Counted from the first letter of the stretch, positions 46,921 to 59,090 are shown. The stretch is 64,000 nt of DNA from an uncultured virus (IMG/VR IMGVR_UViG_2643221865_000004) (IMGVR_UViG_2643221865_000004), one strand, 5' to 3'. The notes: a model not told the origin generated them from the sequence alone. Translations and numbers: made by a program.

Positions 46921-48381
46921 TCAGCTCAGGCCGTCCCGGTAGTTCTCTTCCGTCCAGGCCCACTGGTCGATGATCGGCGAGACTTCGTAACCGGCGGCGA
47001 TGATCTGCTGCTCGTTCTCGCTGGTGCGGGCGCGGTACGGTTCCCCCGCCGCCCACAGGTCCGGAGTGTCGATGTGCAGGTGGGCGACGTCGATCGGGAT
47101 TCCTGCGCGCTGGACGAGTCGGAGTCGTCCCGGGGTTCCGCCGGCAGTGACGAACGCGGCGACACCGTTCGCGGCGGCAGTGCGAAGACCGGAGCCGTGG
47201 TGCTGGTTCGAGCGGCGGCCGTCGGCCAGGGCCATCGTCCACGGTGACAGGTCAGTCAGTTTCGCATCCGCCAGCGCACCCCATTGGGCGGGTTCCGTGA
47301 ACCCGGAGTTCCGGTACGCGGCCGCCTGGGTCGGGGTGGTCCGCCCGAGCGTGACAGCGTTGACGATCCGGTCGGCGTTCCGGGAGCCGGACGGTGCTGA
47401 ACCGAGCAAGTCACGCCATGCCCGGAACTGGGGAGCGCTGGTGACGCCAGCTGCAGTCAGGGCGGTGAGCTCGGCGATGCTCAACGACTTCTCGGCGGTG
47501 CGCAAGCTCTTCGCGTGCTGGCCTTCGACGCCAGCAGCGACCAGGGCGGCGACGTCAGCCGGTGCGAAGTTCGCGCCGTACAGCTTCGCGGAGCCCGCAG
47601 ACACCATCCATTCCGGCTTACGGGCGTACCGGAGGTTGTGGTCGATGTACTTCGACACCAGGTCAGGCTTCAGCTTCGACTCGGCCGCGAACTCATCGAA
47701 GTCGTGCGGGTTGAACGCGTCGGGGTGGCCGGCGACAACCCACGGTTCCACGCCGGTGTTCGCGTACGCGGCGGCGTCATCCGGGGTGATGCCGGTGTCG
47801 TGCAGGGTTCGGAGCAGTGACCAGTCGCGAGCCCAGAGGCGCAGCTTCGGGTTGTCGTTGATCGCAGCCATCCAAGTGGCAGCGTCATCATCGTCGAGGT
47901 CACCGAGTGCGACAATCGGGTCAGGGGCGCCGGAGAAGCCGAGCTCCATCAGACGGTCGATCCGGTCCGAGGTGATTCCCTTCTCCAGCAGCGGCTGCAG
48001 GTGGCCGCGGTACCGCTGGTTGTCGCGGGTGGCGACCGCCATCAGGTCGTTGACGGTGAGGCTGTTCTCGTCCAGGAACTCCGCCGACGGCACGCCATGA
48101 GGCTGCCAGCCGAACGTCGGCACAGTCGCCTCCGCATACTCGGCGTAGAACCGGGCGTCGACAGAAGAGTGAAGGGAGCGTTGGATGTCCCGCTGGGCGT
48201 GATGCCGGGCACCGGTCTCGGTAAATGCCCCCGTCGCCATGTACACGTCGAAGATCCGCTCCTCGGCGCTCTTCTCGGGGACCAGGTCGGCGAACTCCTT
48301 CGCGGACTGAGCCTTATCGGAGAACTCGCCGATGACGTTGCGGTTGACGTCATCCTCGCTGAAACGCTTGATGGTGGGCAT
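46921..48381 (-). CDS. helical-repeat hypothetical protein (paralog of 48405..49880)
   Basis: Start ATG 48381, 18 nt after class A variant; shared SLR.AEKSLS and VQRAGIPID. Confidence 0.82.
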   Translation of the reverse strand: MPTIKRFSEDDVNRNVIGEFSDKAQSAKEFADLVPEKSAEERIFDVYMATGAFTETGARHHAQRDIQRSLHSSVDARFYAEYAEATVPTFGWQPHGVPSAEFLDENSLTVNDLMAVATRDNQRYRGHLQPLLEKGITSDRIDRLMELGFSGAPDPIVALGDLDDDDAATWMAAINDNPKLRLWARDWSLLRTLHDTGITPDDAAAYANTGVEPWVVAGHPDAFNPHDFDEFAAESKLKPDLVSKYIDHNLRYARKPEWMVSAGSAKLYGANFAPADVAALVAAGVEGQHAKSLRTAEKSLSIAELTALTAAGVTSAPQFRAWRDLLGSAPSGSRNADRIVNAVTLGRTTPTQAAAYRNSGFTEPAQWGALADAKLTDLSPWTMALADGRRSNQHHGSGLRTAAANGVAAFVTAGGTPGRLRLVQRAGIPIDVAHLHIDTPDLWAAGEPYRARTSENEQQIIAAGYEVSPIIDQWAWTEENYRDGLS

Positions 48382-48404
48382 GGGTTCTACGTGTGTGGGG
48401 CGTG

Positions 48405-49880
48405 TCACACCTGGTAGGTGTCCTCGGACCACTGCAGAGGCGTTCCGGCTCCGCGGCCGAACCGGGCCGGCTCCTCAGCTTCCAGCTGCGCCTGACGGGC
48501 CCGGAACTTCTCCCCCGCCTTCCACAGGTCGCGGGTTCGGATGAACCGGTGCGCCTGATCGATCGGGATCCCGGCGCGCTGCACGATCCGAAGCTGGTCC
48601 GGGGTGCCGCCGGCCGCGGCGAACGATGCAAGACCGGCCGCCGCCGGGCCGTACAGGCTGAACCCGTGGATGCTGTTGGCGCGGCGGCCGTCGAGCAGAG
48701 CGGCGTGCCAAGGGGTGAGATCGTCGATGCCGGAAGCGGCGATGGTGTTCCAGTGCTCAGGCTGGTCCCAGCCGAACTCCTTGTAGTGGGCGGCGCGGCG
48801 GGCGGTGGTGCCGGCAGCGGCAGCCAATCGGGTGATCTTCCCGATCCGCTCCACGTCGGCGTTGTACCCGTACTCGGGGACGCCGGCGAGCTCACGCCAT
48901 CCCTTCAGCTCGTCACCAGAGACGATCCCGGCAGCGGCGAGTCTCAGGAGATCCTTTGCGCTCAGGCTCTTCTCCGCGCCGCGGAGGCTTCGCATCTGCT
49001 TCGGGTCCATGCCTTCGCTCGACAGCCACGACATGTCAGACGGGTCGAAGTTCGGGCCGTACGCGACAACGACCTCAGGTGAGACAGCACGGAGCGAGTG
49101 GCGGATGTTGTGTTCTAGGAATGCTTCCAGCCGCGGCGTCTTCAGTTTGGACTTTGAGGCGTACTCACGGATCGCCTCCGGTGTGACACCCCATGAGCTG
49201 TACTGGGCGATGAACGAGCCAGAAACGCCGGTCCCGGCGAAGGACTTCACCAGGTGAGGATCGAGCCCCTTGTCGACCACAGCCTTCAGGTCACGGTACG
49301 TCCGCACCGTCTCGCGCAGCTCCTTGTGTTCCTTCAACGCCAGAACCCAGCCTTGCACCTGCAGTTGGGTGGCGTTCGAGTAGGCGAGCAACGCCTCCGG
49401 CTGAGCGGGGACTCCGAGCGCGATGTAGTCCTCCACCTTCTCTGCGGTCATCCCAGCAAACAGCAGCTTCTCGGTGCTGTTCCGGTACCGGCCGCCGTCC
49501 AGCTCAGCCAACGCCAGCATCTCCTCGACGGTGTGACCGGAACCCCACAAGCGGATCAGGTTCGGGAGCCCGAAGTTGTCCCGCCGGCCGATGGTCGCCA
49601 CCCGGTAGTCGGCGCCGAACTCAGCAGGGATCCCGCGGCGCTCGAAAGCCTCCAGGTCACGATCAGCGATCTCACGCGCAGCATGCTCGGTGTACGAGCC
49701 CAGACTCATGAGGGTCTGGAAGATCCGCTCGCCCTGCTCCGACGTGACAGTCGGCATGGCGTCCAGCGGTCCGAACTCTGCAGCATGCAACGCCTCAGCG
49801 GCCGGGTCCAAGGCGTATTGGCCGGACGCGACGAAGATCAGCTGGTTCTTGTTGTTGCGGCGGGTGACTTTGTTGGGCAT
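48405..49880 (-). CDS. helical-repeat hypothetical protein
   Basis: Class A motif 19 nt upstream; tandem paralog. Confidence 0.82.
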   Translation of the reverse strand: MPNKVTRRNNKNQLIFVASGQYALDPAAEALHAAEFGPLDAMPTVTSEQGERIFQTLMSLGSYTEHAAREIADRDLEAFERRGIPAEFGADYRVATIGRRDNFGLPNLIRLWGSGHTVEEMLALAELDGGRYRNSTEKLLFAGMTAEKVEDYIALGVPAQPEALLAYSNATQLQVQGWVLALKEHKELRETVRTYRDLKAVVDKGLDPHLVKSFAGTGVSGSFIAQYSSWGVTPEAIREYASKSKLKTPRLEAFLEHNIRHSLRAVSPEVVVAYGPNFDPSDMSWLSSEGMDPKQMRSLRGAEKSLSAKDLLRLAAAGIVSGDELKGWRELAGVPEYGYNADVERIGKITRLAAAAGTTARRAAHYKEFGWDQPEHWNTIAASGIDDLTPWHAALLDGRRANSIHGFSLYGPAAAGLASFAAAGGTPDQLRIVQRAGIPIDQAHRFIRTRDLWKAGEKFRARQAQLEAEEPARFGRGAGTPLQWSEDTYQV

Positions 49881-49898
49881 GCACCCATAAGTGTGTGG

Positions 49899-50279
49899 CT
49901 ACGCGGCCTCAGCGGGAGCTTCATCCGTGGCGGCAGCCTTCGTCCGCGGCGCAGGAGCTCCAGCCTTCACAGCCTTGCCGACACAGCCCAGAGTGAGCGT
50001 GCATTTCGTCGGGACGGTGCCGGTGCCGATGAACGCCACCTTGTCGCACTCCTTGCACCACGTCAGGGTCACCGGGGCGCCCTTCTGGACGCTCAGGAAC
50101 GACACCACCGACTGCTCATACTCACGAACCAACGCCAGCTGCTCATCAGTCAGGCGCGGCTCAACACCGGTGCGGACCAGCTCCTCCCACGTCTCGCAAC
50201 GGTTCTTCGCGATCGCGACCAACGCGATCTCCGCAGCACGGAATGCCGGGTGGACAGGCTTCTCAGCAACCTCAGTCAT
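49899..50279 (-). CDS. small Cys-rich (Zn-ribbon) protein
   Basis: WCKEC..KC..GC; GAGG SD; ATGA overlap with upstream gene. Confidence 0.7.
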   Translation of the reverse strand: MTEVAEKPVHPAFRAAEIALVAIAKNRCETWEELVRTGVEPRLTDEQLALVREYEQSVVSFLSVQKGAPVTLTWCKECDKVAFIGTGTVPTKCTLTLGCVGKAVKAGAPAPRTKAAATDEAPAEAA

Positions 50280-50524
50280 CGAACATCTTCCTCTCGTGCG
50301 TCCATGACGACGCTGAACAGAACCCACAGACCGGCAGCCAACGAGAACAGCACCGCGAAGAACAGACCGTTCATCGACGTGCTCCCGGAAACGAACTGCA
50401 CAGCGCCGAGCAGCAACCCGACCGTGGTCAGCGCAGCCCCCAGCGCGGTTGCGCGGCGGCGACGGAAATCAGGGGTGGTGGGTGCGGCCGCCGTGTCGGG
50501 GTGGGCGGCGGTCATCGTCTTCAT
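50276..50524 (-). CDS. small two-TM protein
   Basis: ATG 50524 is 18 nt after class B motif. Confidence 0.7.
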   Translation of the reverse strand: MKTMTAAHPDTAAAPTTPDFRRRRATALGAALTTVGLLLGAVQFVSGSTSMNGLFFAVLFSLAAGLWVLFSVVMDAREEDVR

Positions 50525-50544
50525 GGCACCAACATGTGCGGATC

Positions 50545-53364
50545 TCATCTCTTCTTCCGCTTCTTCTCGACGACGGCGACGGTGAGCTCGCGGACGATGT
50601 CGGACGCTGACTTCATGTCTTCGACGTTGTCGACGACGGACACATCGTGGTCACCGCCGAGGACGGCGCTGAGCGTCTTCCCCTTGGTGTTCTGGACCTT
50701 CTGGATGCGTTCGTCGAGTGTGCCGTAGGCGACCAAGGTGAGGGTGGAGGTGGTTCGTTTCTGGTTGACGCCTTGGATGCGGTCCATGGCCTGCAGCACG
50801 TTCATCGGTGTCCAGTCGGTCTCCACGAACCAGGCGTCCGAGGAGCGGGTCAGGTCGATGCCGACACCGGCGGCGATGATCGAAGCGGCGAGCACCGGGA
50901 TCTCCCCTGCCTGGAACCTGCGTACGACGTCGTCCTTCTGCTTCTGGCTCATGCCGCCGATGATCATGGCGGAGCCTTCGACGTGGCCGTCGAGGGCGGA
51001 TGCCATCGCTTCGGTGACGTCTCGGTGGTGGGTCCAGACGATCAGGGGCCGGTTGTAGATGGGTCGGCCGTCGGGGAGGTACTCGATGGTGTTCTTGACG
51101 TGGTCGATCACCATCTCCGCAGCTCCGGGGATCTTCGACATGCCGGCTGCGCGGCGGAGGATGGAGAGCAGGCCGATGTTCTCGTTCGAGAACTGGTCGA
51201 TCGCTTCGTCGTTCGGGAGGGACCCCATCTGGTCGACGTACTTGTCGACCCATTCGCCGATCTCGTCGTTGACGGTCTCGTGGGCTTCGTTGAACAGTTT
51301 CAGGTCGACGTCGAGGATCAGCTTGTCGTGGGTGCCGGCTGTTCCGATGCCGACCTGCGCCTTGGAGCGTCGCACCCACACCTGGTCGCGGAGGAGATTC
51401 TGGAGTCGCAGCTGGCCGGTCTTCTTCGCGTGGAGGCGGCCGAACTTGTCCCGGGTGCAGAACAGCTTCAGGAACCCGTCGACACCGCCGAAGATCGGGC
51501 CGAGGTGGCCTGACATCTCCAGCAGCGGGGTGAGCTCCATCGGGCTGGCGGCGATCGGGGTTCCGGTCAGAGGGATGACCATCTTCTCGGCGACTGCGGC
51601 GATGTCGAGCACCGCTTCGCAGCGTTTCGTCCCGTAGGTTCCTTCGCGGTGGGCTTCGTCGACGATGACGACCTGCGGGGACCAGGCCATGATCTTCTTC
51701 TTCAGCTCCTCGCGGGCGGCGATCAACGAGTCGGAGACGATGACGACCCCGGTCTCCGGGAGCTCCGGCTCTTTGCGGCCGGACTTGAACACGGCGATCT
51801 TCCCGTCGGACTTGCCGCCCCGGTTGTACAGGCCGGACTCTTCGACGTTCACAGACCAGTTGGTGAGCACCAGCGGGGGTGTGATGATCAGGGTGCGGTG
51901 CGACTTCAGGAGGGTCGCGGCGGCCAGTGACGTGCGGGTGTTGTGGGTGAGGACGTAGTCGCGGGTGACGAACAGGCTGTCGGGGGCGTCCACTTCGATG
52001 CACTGGCATTCGACGGGCTCGGCGAGCTGTTCGATGCTGGTGATCCACCGCTCAGGGGTGGTCTGTTCCCACAGACCGGAGAGCTGGTGGGATTCGTGGA
52101 ACGGGTTCATCGGGGTGGTGAACACCACCTCGGATGGCCCTTCGAGGTGCTCGGCGACACCGCCGAGGGAGCGGATCAGGTCGATGGTGGTTCTGGCGTG
52201 CTCAGGACCGGCGACCTGGATGGCTGCGCCGCCGCGGTTCCAGATGAGACCGTTGGAGTTCATCTGGAAGCGTAGGGCGTTCACCCTCACGTCGACCGGC
52301 TTCAGCAGGAGGGAGTCGGTGTTGAGTTCGGTGTCGAACTGGATCGGGTTCACGACCGGCACCTGCCACGGATCCCCAGTGGTCGGGTCCTGCAGGCCGG
52401 AGTTCAGGATGTCGAGCGTCGTCATGATCCGGGTGCCGGATCCGTGCACCTCCCAGAGGTGCTCGCCGTCGGCGATGACGTAGGCGCCGTCGGAGAAGGT
52501 GACCCGGTACACGTCACGGGCTCCCTGGTAGAAGACGCCGGTGATGTTGTGCGGGACCCCGTCGGATCCGATGACCTGGTCGCCTTCGACGAGGTCGCCC
52601 ATCGGGCGGAACCCGGTCGGGGTGAGGACCGGCTCGGTCAGCGGCAGCGCCTTCCCGACGCGGGGTTCGTCGAACAGGCCGTTGTGGCCGGCGGCGACGG
52701 CGTAGGCGCCGATCTCCTGGAAGTCGAACATCGGCAATCCGAACCAGGGTGCGAACACGCCGTTGATCCGCTTAAGCTGTTCGTTCTCCTCAGCGGTCAG
52801 CGACGCGAGACTGGTGGCGGATCCTGCCTTGGAGAGAAGGGCGACGTTCTCAGGTGCGACGTTGACGCGGCTGCGGAGCCGGATCGCTTCATCGATGGCG
52901 TCCTGGTGGTGGTGGATGCCGGGCCTGAGGGTGCCTTCCATGGTGAGCATGTCGATGGTGGGGACCATGAACAGGCCCCGCTTCTTGTCCCAGATCGCGC
53001 CCCATCCGAGCAGCTCAGCTGCCAGGTCGAAACCGAGGAATCTGTGCCGGACCATGGTGCGGCGTTTGTTCGGGTGGAGCTTCGCGATCGGGGTGACGAG
53101 GTCGTCGAGGTTCCGGCAGTCGTACAGGTCGGAGGCTGGGTCGTTCGCCCAGATGATCCGGAAGCCGGCGTCGGTGATGATCTGCTGCGGTGTCGGGCCG
53201 ATGCCGGTGACCACCCAGCCGCCGAGGTCCTTGTCGAACCGGCGTCCGGGGAGGGCTTTCACCCATGGCTGCAGGGGCTTCCGGGTGCGCGAGTGAACGG
53301 CGTTGCGTCCGAAACGGAGCAGCAGTTCAGGGTTGCGTCGGGATCCGCGCAGCAAAGCGTCCAT
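50545..53364 (-). CDS. SNF2/HARP-like DEAH helicase containing an intein
   Basis: DEPRVGK[intein]T, VDEAH, LTGTP, GVGIDLT, QAMDRI. Confidence 0.92.
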   Translation of the reverse strand: MDALLRGSRRNPELLLRFGRNAVHSRTRKPLQPWVKALPGRRFDKDLGGWVVTGIGPTPQQIITDAGFRIIWANDPASDLYDCRNLDDLVTPIAKLHPNKRRTMVRHRFLGFDLAAELLGWGAIWDKKRGLFMVPTIDMLTMEGTLRPGIHHHQDAIDEAIRLRSRVNVAPENVALLSKAGSATSLASLTAEENEQLKRINGVFAPWFGLPMFDFQEIGAYAVAAGHNGLFDEPRVGKALPLTEPVLTPTGFRPMGDLVEGDQVIGSDGVPHNITGVFYQGARDVYRVTFSDGAYVIADGEHLWEVHGSGTRIMTTLDILNSGLQDPTTGDPWQVPVVNPIQFDTELNTDSLLLKPVDVRVNALRFQMNSNGLIWNRGGAAIQVAGPEHARTTIDLIRSLGGVAEHLEGPSEVVFTTPMNPFHESHQLSGLWEQTTPERWITSIEQLAEPVECQCIEVDAPDSLFVTRDYVLTHNTRTSLAAATLLKSHRTLIITPPLVLTNWSVNVEESGLYNRGGKSDGKIAVFKSGRKEPELPETGVVIVSDSLIAAREELKKKIMAWSPQVVIVDEAHREGTYGTKRCEAVLDIAAVAEKMVIPLTGTPIAASPMELTPLLEMSGHLGPIFGGVDGFLKLFCTRDKFGRLHAKKTGQLRLQNLLRDQVWVRRSKAQVGIGTAGTHDKLILDVDLKLFNEAHETVNDEIGEWVDKYVDQMGSLPNDEAIDQFSNENIGLLSILRRAAGMSKIPGAAEMVIDHVKNTIEYLPDGRPIYNRPLIVWTHHRDVTEAMASALDGHVEGSAMIIGGMSQKQKDDVVRRFQAGEIPVLAASIIAAGVGIDLTRSSDAWFVETDWTPMNVLQAMDRIQGVNQKRTTSTLTLVAYGTLDERIQKVQNTKGKTLSAVLGGDHDVSVVDNVEDMKSASDIVRELTVAVVEKKRKKR
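51940..52650 (-). mobile_element. intein (237 aa), Ala1 start, class 3 WCT signature, decayed endonuclease
   Basis: ALPLTEPVLTPTG...ADGEHLW...CQCIEV...YVLTHN/T inserted between K and T of helicase motif I. Confidence 0.9.
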
Positions 53365-53401
53365 ATGGTTCTATGCGCGACGGAAGTGCCCGGCTGTCCT
53401 G

Positions 53402-54499
53402 TTAGGCGGCTTTCTTCGTGGCGGGGCGACGCTTCGCGGCGGGCTTCCGGGGGCGAGGCTTCGACGAGCCGACGTACTCGACCTTCCCGGGTGACGCCAT
53501 CTTCAGCGGGCCGTCTGCCAGGACCCCGGCGACAGCCTTGGAGACAGCCTTGGCGGAGTCCTTGACGGTGTCGGTTCCGTTCATCGACCAGCCGGCGACG
53601 TAGGTGGACGCTGCCCCACCGATCTGCGGTGACATTCCGTGGGAGCGGGACAGGACGTAGGAGAAGGATTCAGCTTCCACCTCCATGACTCCGCGCTTCC
53701 CGCCGTTGTGGCCGGTGTGGTATTCGTCGAGCCGCTCGAGGTGGCCCATCTTGATGTGGCCGAGCTCGTGCGCGAGGGTGGTGACTCGTTCTGCCGGTGA
53801 GAGGCGGGCGTCGACGACGACCTGCTTCGTGGACGGACGGGTGAACCCGTGTGCGTTGCCGGCGATCGGTTCGTACGCGACGGTGAACCCGAGGCCGGTG
53901 ATCTCCTGTTCGATCGCTTGCTGGAACCCTGCTGGCGGCTCTTCCGTCAGCTCCTCGTACGCTTCGGGGAGCGGGTCGCCGTCGGTTTGGGAGACGTCGA
54001 ACACCTTCACGGACTTGTACGCCCAGAAGGTGTCCTCGACGTCGTTGCCGGAGCTGTCCTTCTTCGTCTTCGTGATCGGGGTGCCGGCGAGGATGACGAT
54101 GCCCTTCTCCCCCGCCTTCGGGTAGCGGCCCAGCGACTTCCAGGTGCCGGATCCGGCGACTCGGGTTGCGTCGGGTCGCTGGAACATGATGAGCAGCTGG
54201 TTGTTCGGGGAGTAGTGGTGGAACTTCGACATGGTGCGGAGGTACGCGTTCCAGTTGTCGTCGTTGGCGAGTTCGCCGACCCGGCGGGCGAGTTCCTCCT
54301 GGACGGCTTTGGTGCGGTCCTCGATCTTGTCGTAGTGGCGCTGGTACACGTCGTCGGCGTACGGGTCGGAGGGCTGCAGCGCATCCGCTTCGAACTGGCT
54401 GAAGACATGCTCCGTGTACTTCCCGTCGACGGAGTGGTGGTCGCCGTTGCCGTCCACGGATACGGTCACCTGGGTGTTCGCTACTGTCGCTGTCGCCAT
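53402..54499 (-). CDS. ArdC-like ssDNA-binding protein + zincin metallopeptidase domain
   Basis: FHHYSPNNQLLI..WKSLGR..VFDVSQT; LAHELGH..EVEAES; class A motif 18 nt upstream. Confidence 0.88.
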   Translation of the reverse strand: MATATVANTQVTVSVDGNGDHHSVDGKYTEHVFSQFEADALQPSDPYADDVYQRHYDKIEDRTKAVQEELARRVGELANDDNWNAYLRTMSKFHHYSPNNQLLIMFQRPDATRVAGSGTWKSLGRYPKAGEKGIVILAGTPITKTKKDSSGNDVEDTFWAYKSVKVFDVSQTDGDPLPEAYEELTEEPPAGFQQAIEQEITGLGFTVAYEPIAGNAHGFTRPSTKQVVVDARLSPAERVTTLAHELGHIKMGHLERLDEYHTGHNGGKRGVMEVEAESFSYVLSRSHGMSPQIGGAASTYVAGWSMNGTDTVKDSAKAVSKAVAGVLADGPLKMASPGKVEYVGSSKPRPRKPAAKRRPATKKAA

Positions 54500-54530
54500 G
54501 CTCTGTAGGTGTGTGGCTGTGAGACGACGA

Positions 54531-54556
54531 AAGGGGCGGCCGGTAGGCCACCCCTT
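54531..54556 (-). terminator. intrinsic terminator
   Basis: AAGGGG(C)GGCC...GGCC(A)CCCCTT. Confidence 0.6.
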
Positions 54557-54574
54557 GTCAGTCGTGCATACGGG

Positions 54575-55450
54575 TCAGTCAGCTTCGAAGAAGAACTCGA
54601 ACACCGGCGGCTTCTCGATGCCGGAGAAGCGGCGCGATCCGGCCGGGGCGACCTTGTCGGACTTCCGTTCGCGGGTGCCTTCGCTGACGTAGGCGCGCAG
54701 CCAGCCGAGGTACTCGTCGACGTTGTCGGCCTTCAGGACCGGCGGGAACGTGACGATGAGGGATGTCGGCGAGTCCGACTTCTCGAACACCACGTCGCCG
54801 TCGACGGCGTGGAGTTCAGCCGCCCAGCCGTGGTTGGCGAGGTTGAGGAAGTGCTCCCGCTCGTCATCGGTGAGTGGTCGGCTGGTCTGGAACCGGCCGC
54901 GCTGCGGGAACATGGGGGCGCGGCTGCCGTCGTGGTAGCGCTCGAAGACGGTGCCGTCGTCCTCCACGAGGAAGTCGAACAGTTCGCCGGCCTGGACGCG
55001 GGGGTCGTTGATCGACGCGGTGGTTGCACTGTCGGTGTCGAGGATGTTGACGAGTGCGATGCGGTCGACGGCTTCCTTCAGGCTGGAGGCGAGGGAAGTG
55101 TTACCGGTCTCCTGCAGGATCTCAGCGGATGCGGCGGCTACGGCGTGGAGGGTGCGGAAGTCTGCGTCGTCCTTCACCCCGCCGAGCTCGTGAGCGACCT
55201 CGCGGTGGACGAACTGGAGGGTGAGGTCGTCGATGACGTGCACGTCGGTGAGTCGTTCCACCATCAGCTCACGGCCTCCCTCGGGGAGGTCGTTGCCGGG
55301 CTTGGCGAGCCACGCGTCGATGGTCTGCTCGAACGTCTGCGCGTCGAGGCCGCTTTCGGCGGCGCTGAGCTCGCGGCTCTCCCAGAATCCGGGGTTGATG
55401 AGGCTGTTCACCTGACGGGGCTGGTTGGTGGTTGCTGGTGCGGTGTTCAT
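54575..55450 (-). CDS. hypothetical protein (paralog of 45988..46890) with QPR tag
   Basis: DDGTVF..RFQTSRPL; class A motif 19 nt upstream. Confidence 0.8.
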   Translation of the reverse strand: MNTAPATTNQPRQVNSLINPGFWESRELSAAESGLDAQTFEQTIDAWLAKPGNDLPEGGRELMVERLTDVHVIDDLTLQFVHREVAHELGGVKDDADFRTLHAVAAASAEILQETGNTSLASSLKEAVDRIALVNILDTDSATTASINDPRVQAGELFDFLVEDDGTVFERYHDGSRAPMFPQRGRFQTSRPLTDDEREHFLNLANHGWAAELHAVDGDVVFEKSDSPTSLIVTFPPVLKADNVDEYLGWLRAYVSEGTRERKSDKVAPAGSRRFSGIEKPPVFEFFFEAD

Positions 55451-55493
55451 GGTTTCCTAAGTGTGCGGCCGGGGTACGGCTGCGTTCCTTTCT

Positions 55494-56234
55494 CTAGTTG
55501 AGGACGGTGGGTTCGTTGAATGCGACGATCCGCATGGTTTCTGGGGAGACGGTGATCTCCCAGACGCCGGTGCGGATGACGGTGAGGGGTTTGCCGTTGG
55601 AGAGGTAGTGGGCTGTGTAGGGGGCGACGACGGTGAGGGAGAATCCGGAGTCGTACTGACCGTTCACACCGGTCAGCGGCTCCCGCCCCCAGTCGATGCC
55701 GGTCAGGTCGACACCTTCGTTGTCCCACGGGTTGGAGATCCGCGGTTCGGAGGTGAGGTAGCTGGAGCCATCGGCGAAGTACGGGGCGAGACGTGCCGCC
55801 CGAGCCGCTGCGCTCTCGCCGGCGACGATCGTGGAGTACTCCTTCACCGCAGCGGTGCCGAGTGCTTTCAAGGCGGGGACGTCGGCTGAGTCGGACCCGC
55901 CGCCGGTCCCGTCTTCGAACCCGTCGGCGCCGGTCGCGGACTCACCGTCGTGGGTGTGCTCACCGTCGGTGCCGGGATCTTCGCCGTCTTCGCTGTCCAG
56001 GGGCCCTTGCTCGTCCTCACCGTCGCTGGGCTCCGGCACTTCGGTCGGCTTGTCTGTGTTGCCGCCGGTGCTGCTGCCGGGGATCTCCACAGGTGCGGAG
56101 GTGCCGCCGGACGGAGCCTTCGTCTCCTCCGGTTCGGCGGGTTTGGTGGGCCCGGAGAGCACATTGAATAGGATGACCGCGATCGCAGCCACCACACCCA
56201 GCACTCCGAGGATGATCTTCGTTCGTTCGTTCAT
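55494..56234 (-). CDS. membrane-anchored protein, probable transfer accessory
   Basis: N-terminal TM, acidic linker, globular C-terminal domain; directly downstream of cell-wall hydrolase. Confidence 0.7.
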   Translation of the reverse strand: MNERTKIILGVLGVVAAIAVILFNVLSGPTKPAEPEETKAPSGGTSAPVEIPGSSTGGNTDKPTEVPEPSDGEDEQGPLDSEDGEDPGTDGEHTHDGESATGADGFEDGTGGGSDSADVPALKALGTAAVKEYSTIVAGESAAARAARLAPYFADGSSYLTSEPRISNPWDNEGVDLTGIDWGREPLTGVNGQYDSGFSLTVVAPYTAHYLSNGKPLTVIRTGVWEITVSPETMRIVAFNEPTVLN

Positions 56235-56244
56235 GGTGGCTTCC

Positions 56245-58604
<2,360 letters not shown>

Positions 58605-58611
<7 letters not shown>

Positions 58612-59069
58612 GCCCGATCAGCCCGCCATTCGACCTTCCCGGACACACCGGCCGGGAAGTAGCGGGCGCGGCGTCGTTCCAGACGCCAGATGTAGGTGCG
58701 GGTGGGGACGGTGGCGGACTTCGCCAGGTTGTGGGTCGGGCAGAGCATCTGCAGGTTCGACATGGCTGTCGCCCCGCCTCGTGAGTGCGGGTAGATGTGG
58801 TCGCCGTGAGTGCCGGGCTTGGAGCAGCGGAACCACATCGGGTCCTTGTGCTCGCACCGGCCTCGCCCTGCCCGGCGGGCGCCTTCAGCCTTCTGGGCGG
58901 GTGTGAAAAGTCGTGCTCCGTCGGGGCGGTGGCCGCGACGGTTGAACGCCTTCTTCGCCTTCGACCACCCGCGGAACAACGCGATCAGGAGCACGAACCC
59001 CAGCGCGGCTGCGAACATCGGCTGGTCGCCGAGGAACTGGAATGCAGCGTCAACGTTCGGTGTGTCCAT
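58605..59069 (-). CDS. HNH endonuclease with N-terminal TM
   Basis: RCE..C..HGDHIYPHSRGGAT..NLQMLCPTHNLAKS; class C motif 18 nt upstream. Confidence 0.88.
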
Positions 59070-59090
59070 GCCTTCGAGGCATGTGGCGAG

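Noticed and set aside
429..48432. ORF-track N-terminal extensions (429+, 1271-, 3216-, 6138+, 21845-, 28963-, 43387-, 48432-)
   Set aside because: They overlap neighbouring genes; downstream starts fit the -18 rule, SD sites or paralog alignment
13793..53381. Possible fourth motif class GTC(A/G)CGCATAG before the ParB-like paralog and the SNF2 helicase
   Set aside because: Only two copies and 17-nt spacing in the leaderless case; may be a class B variant, too few to call
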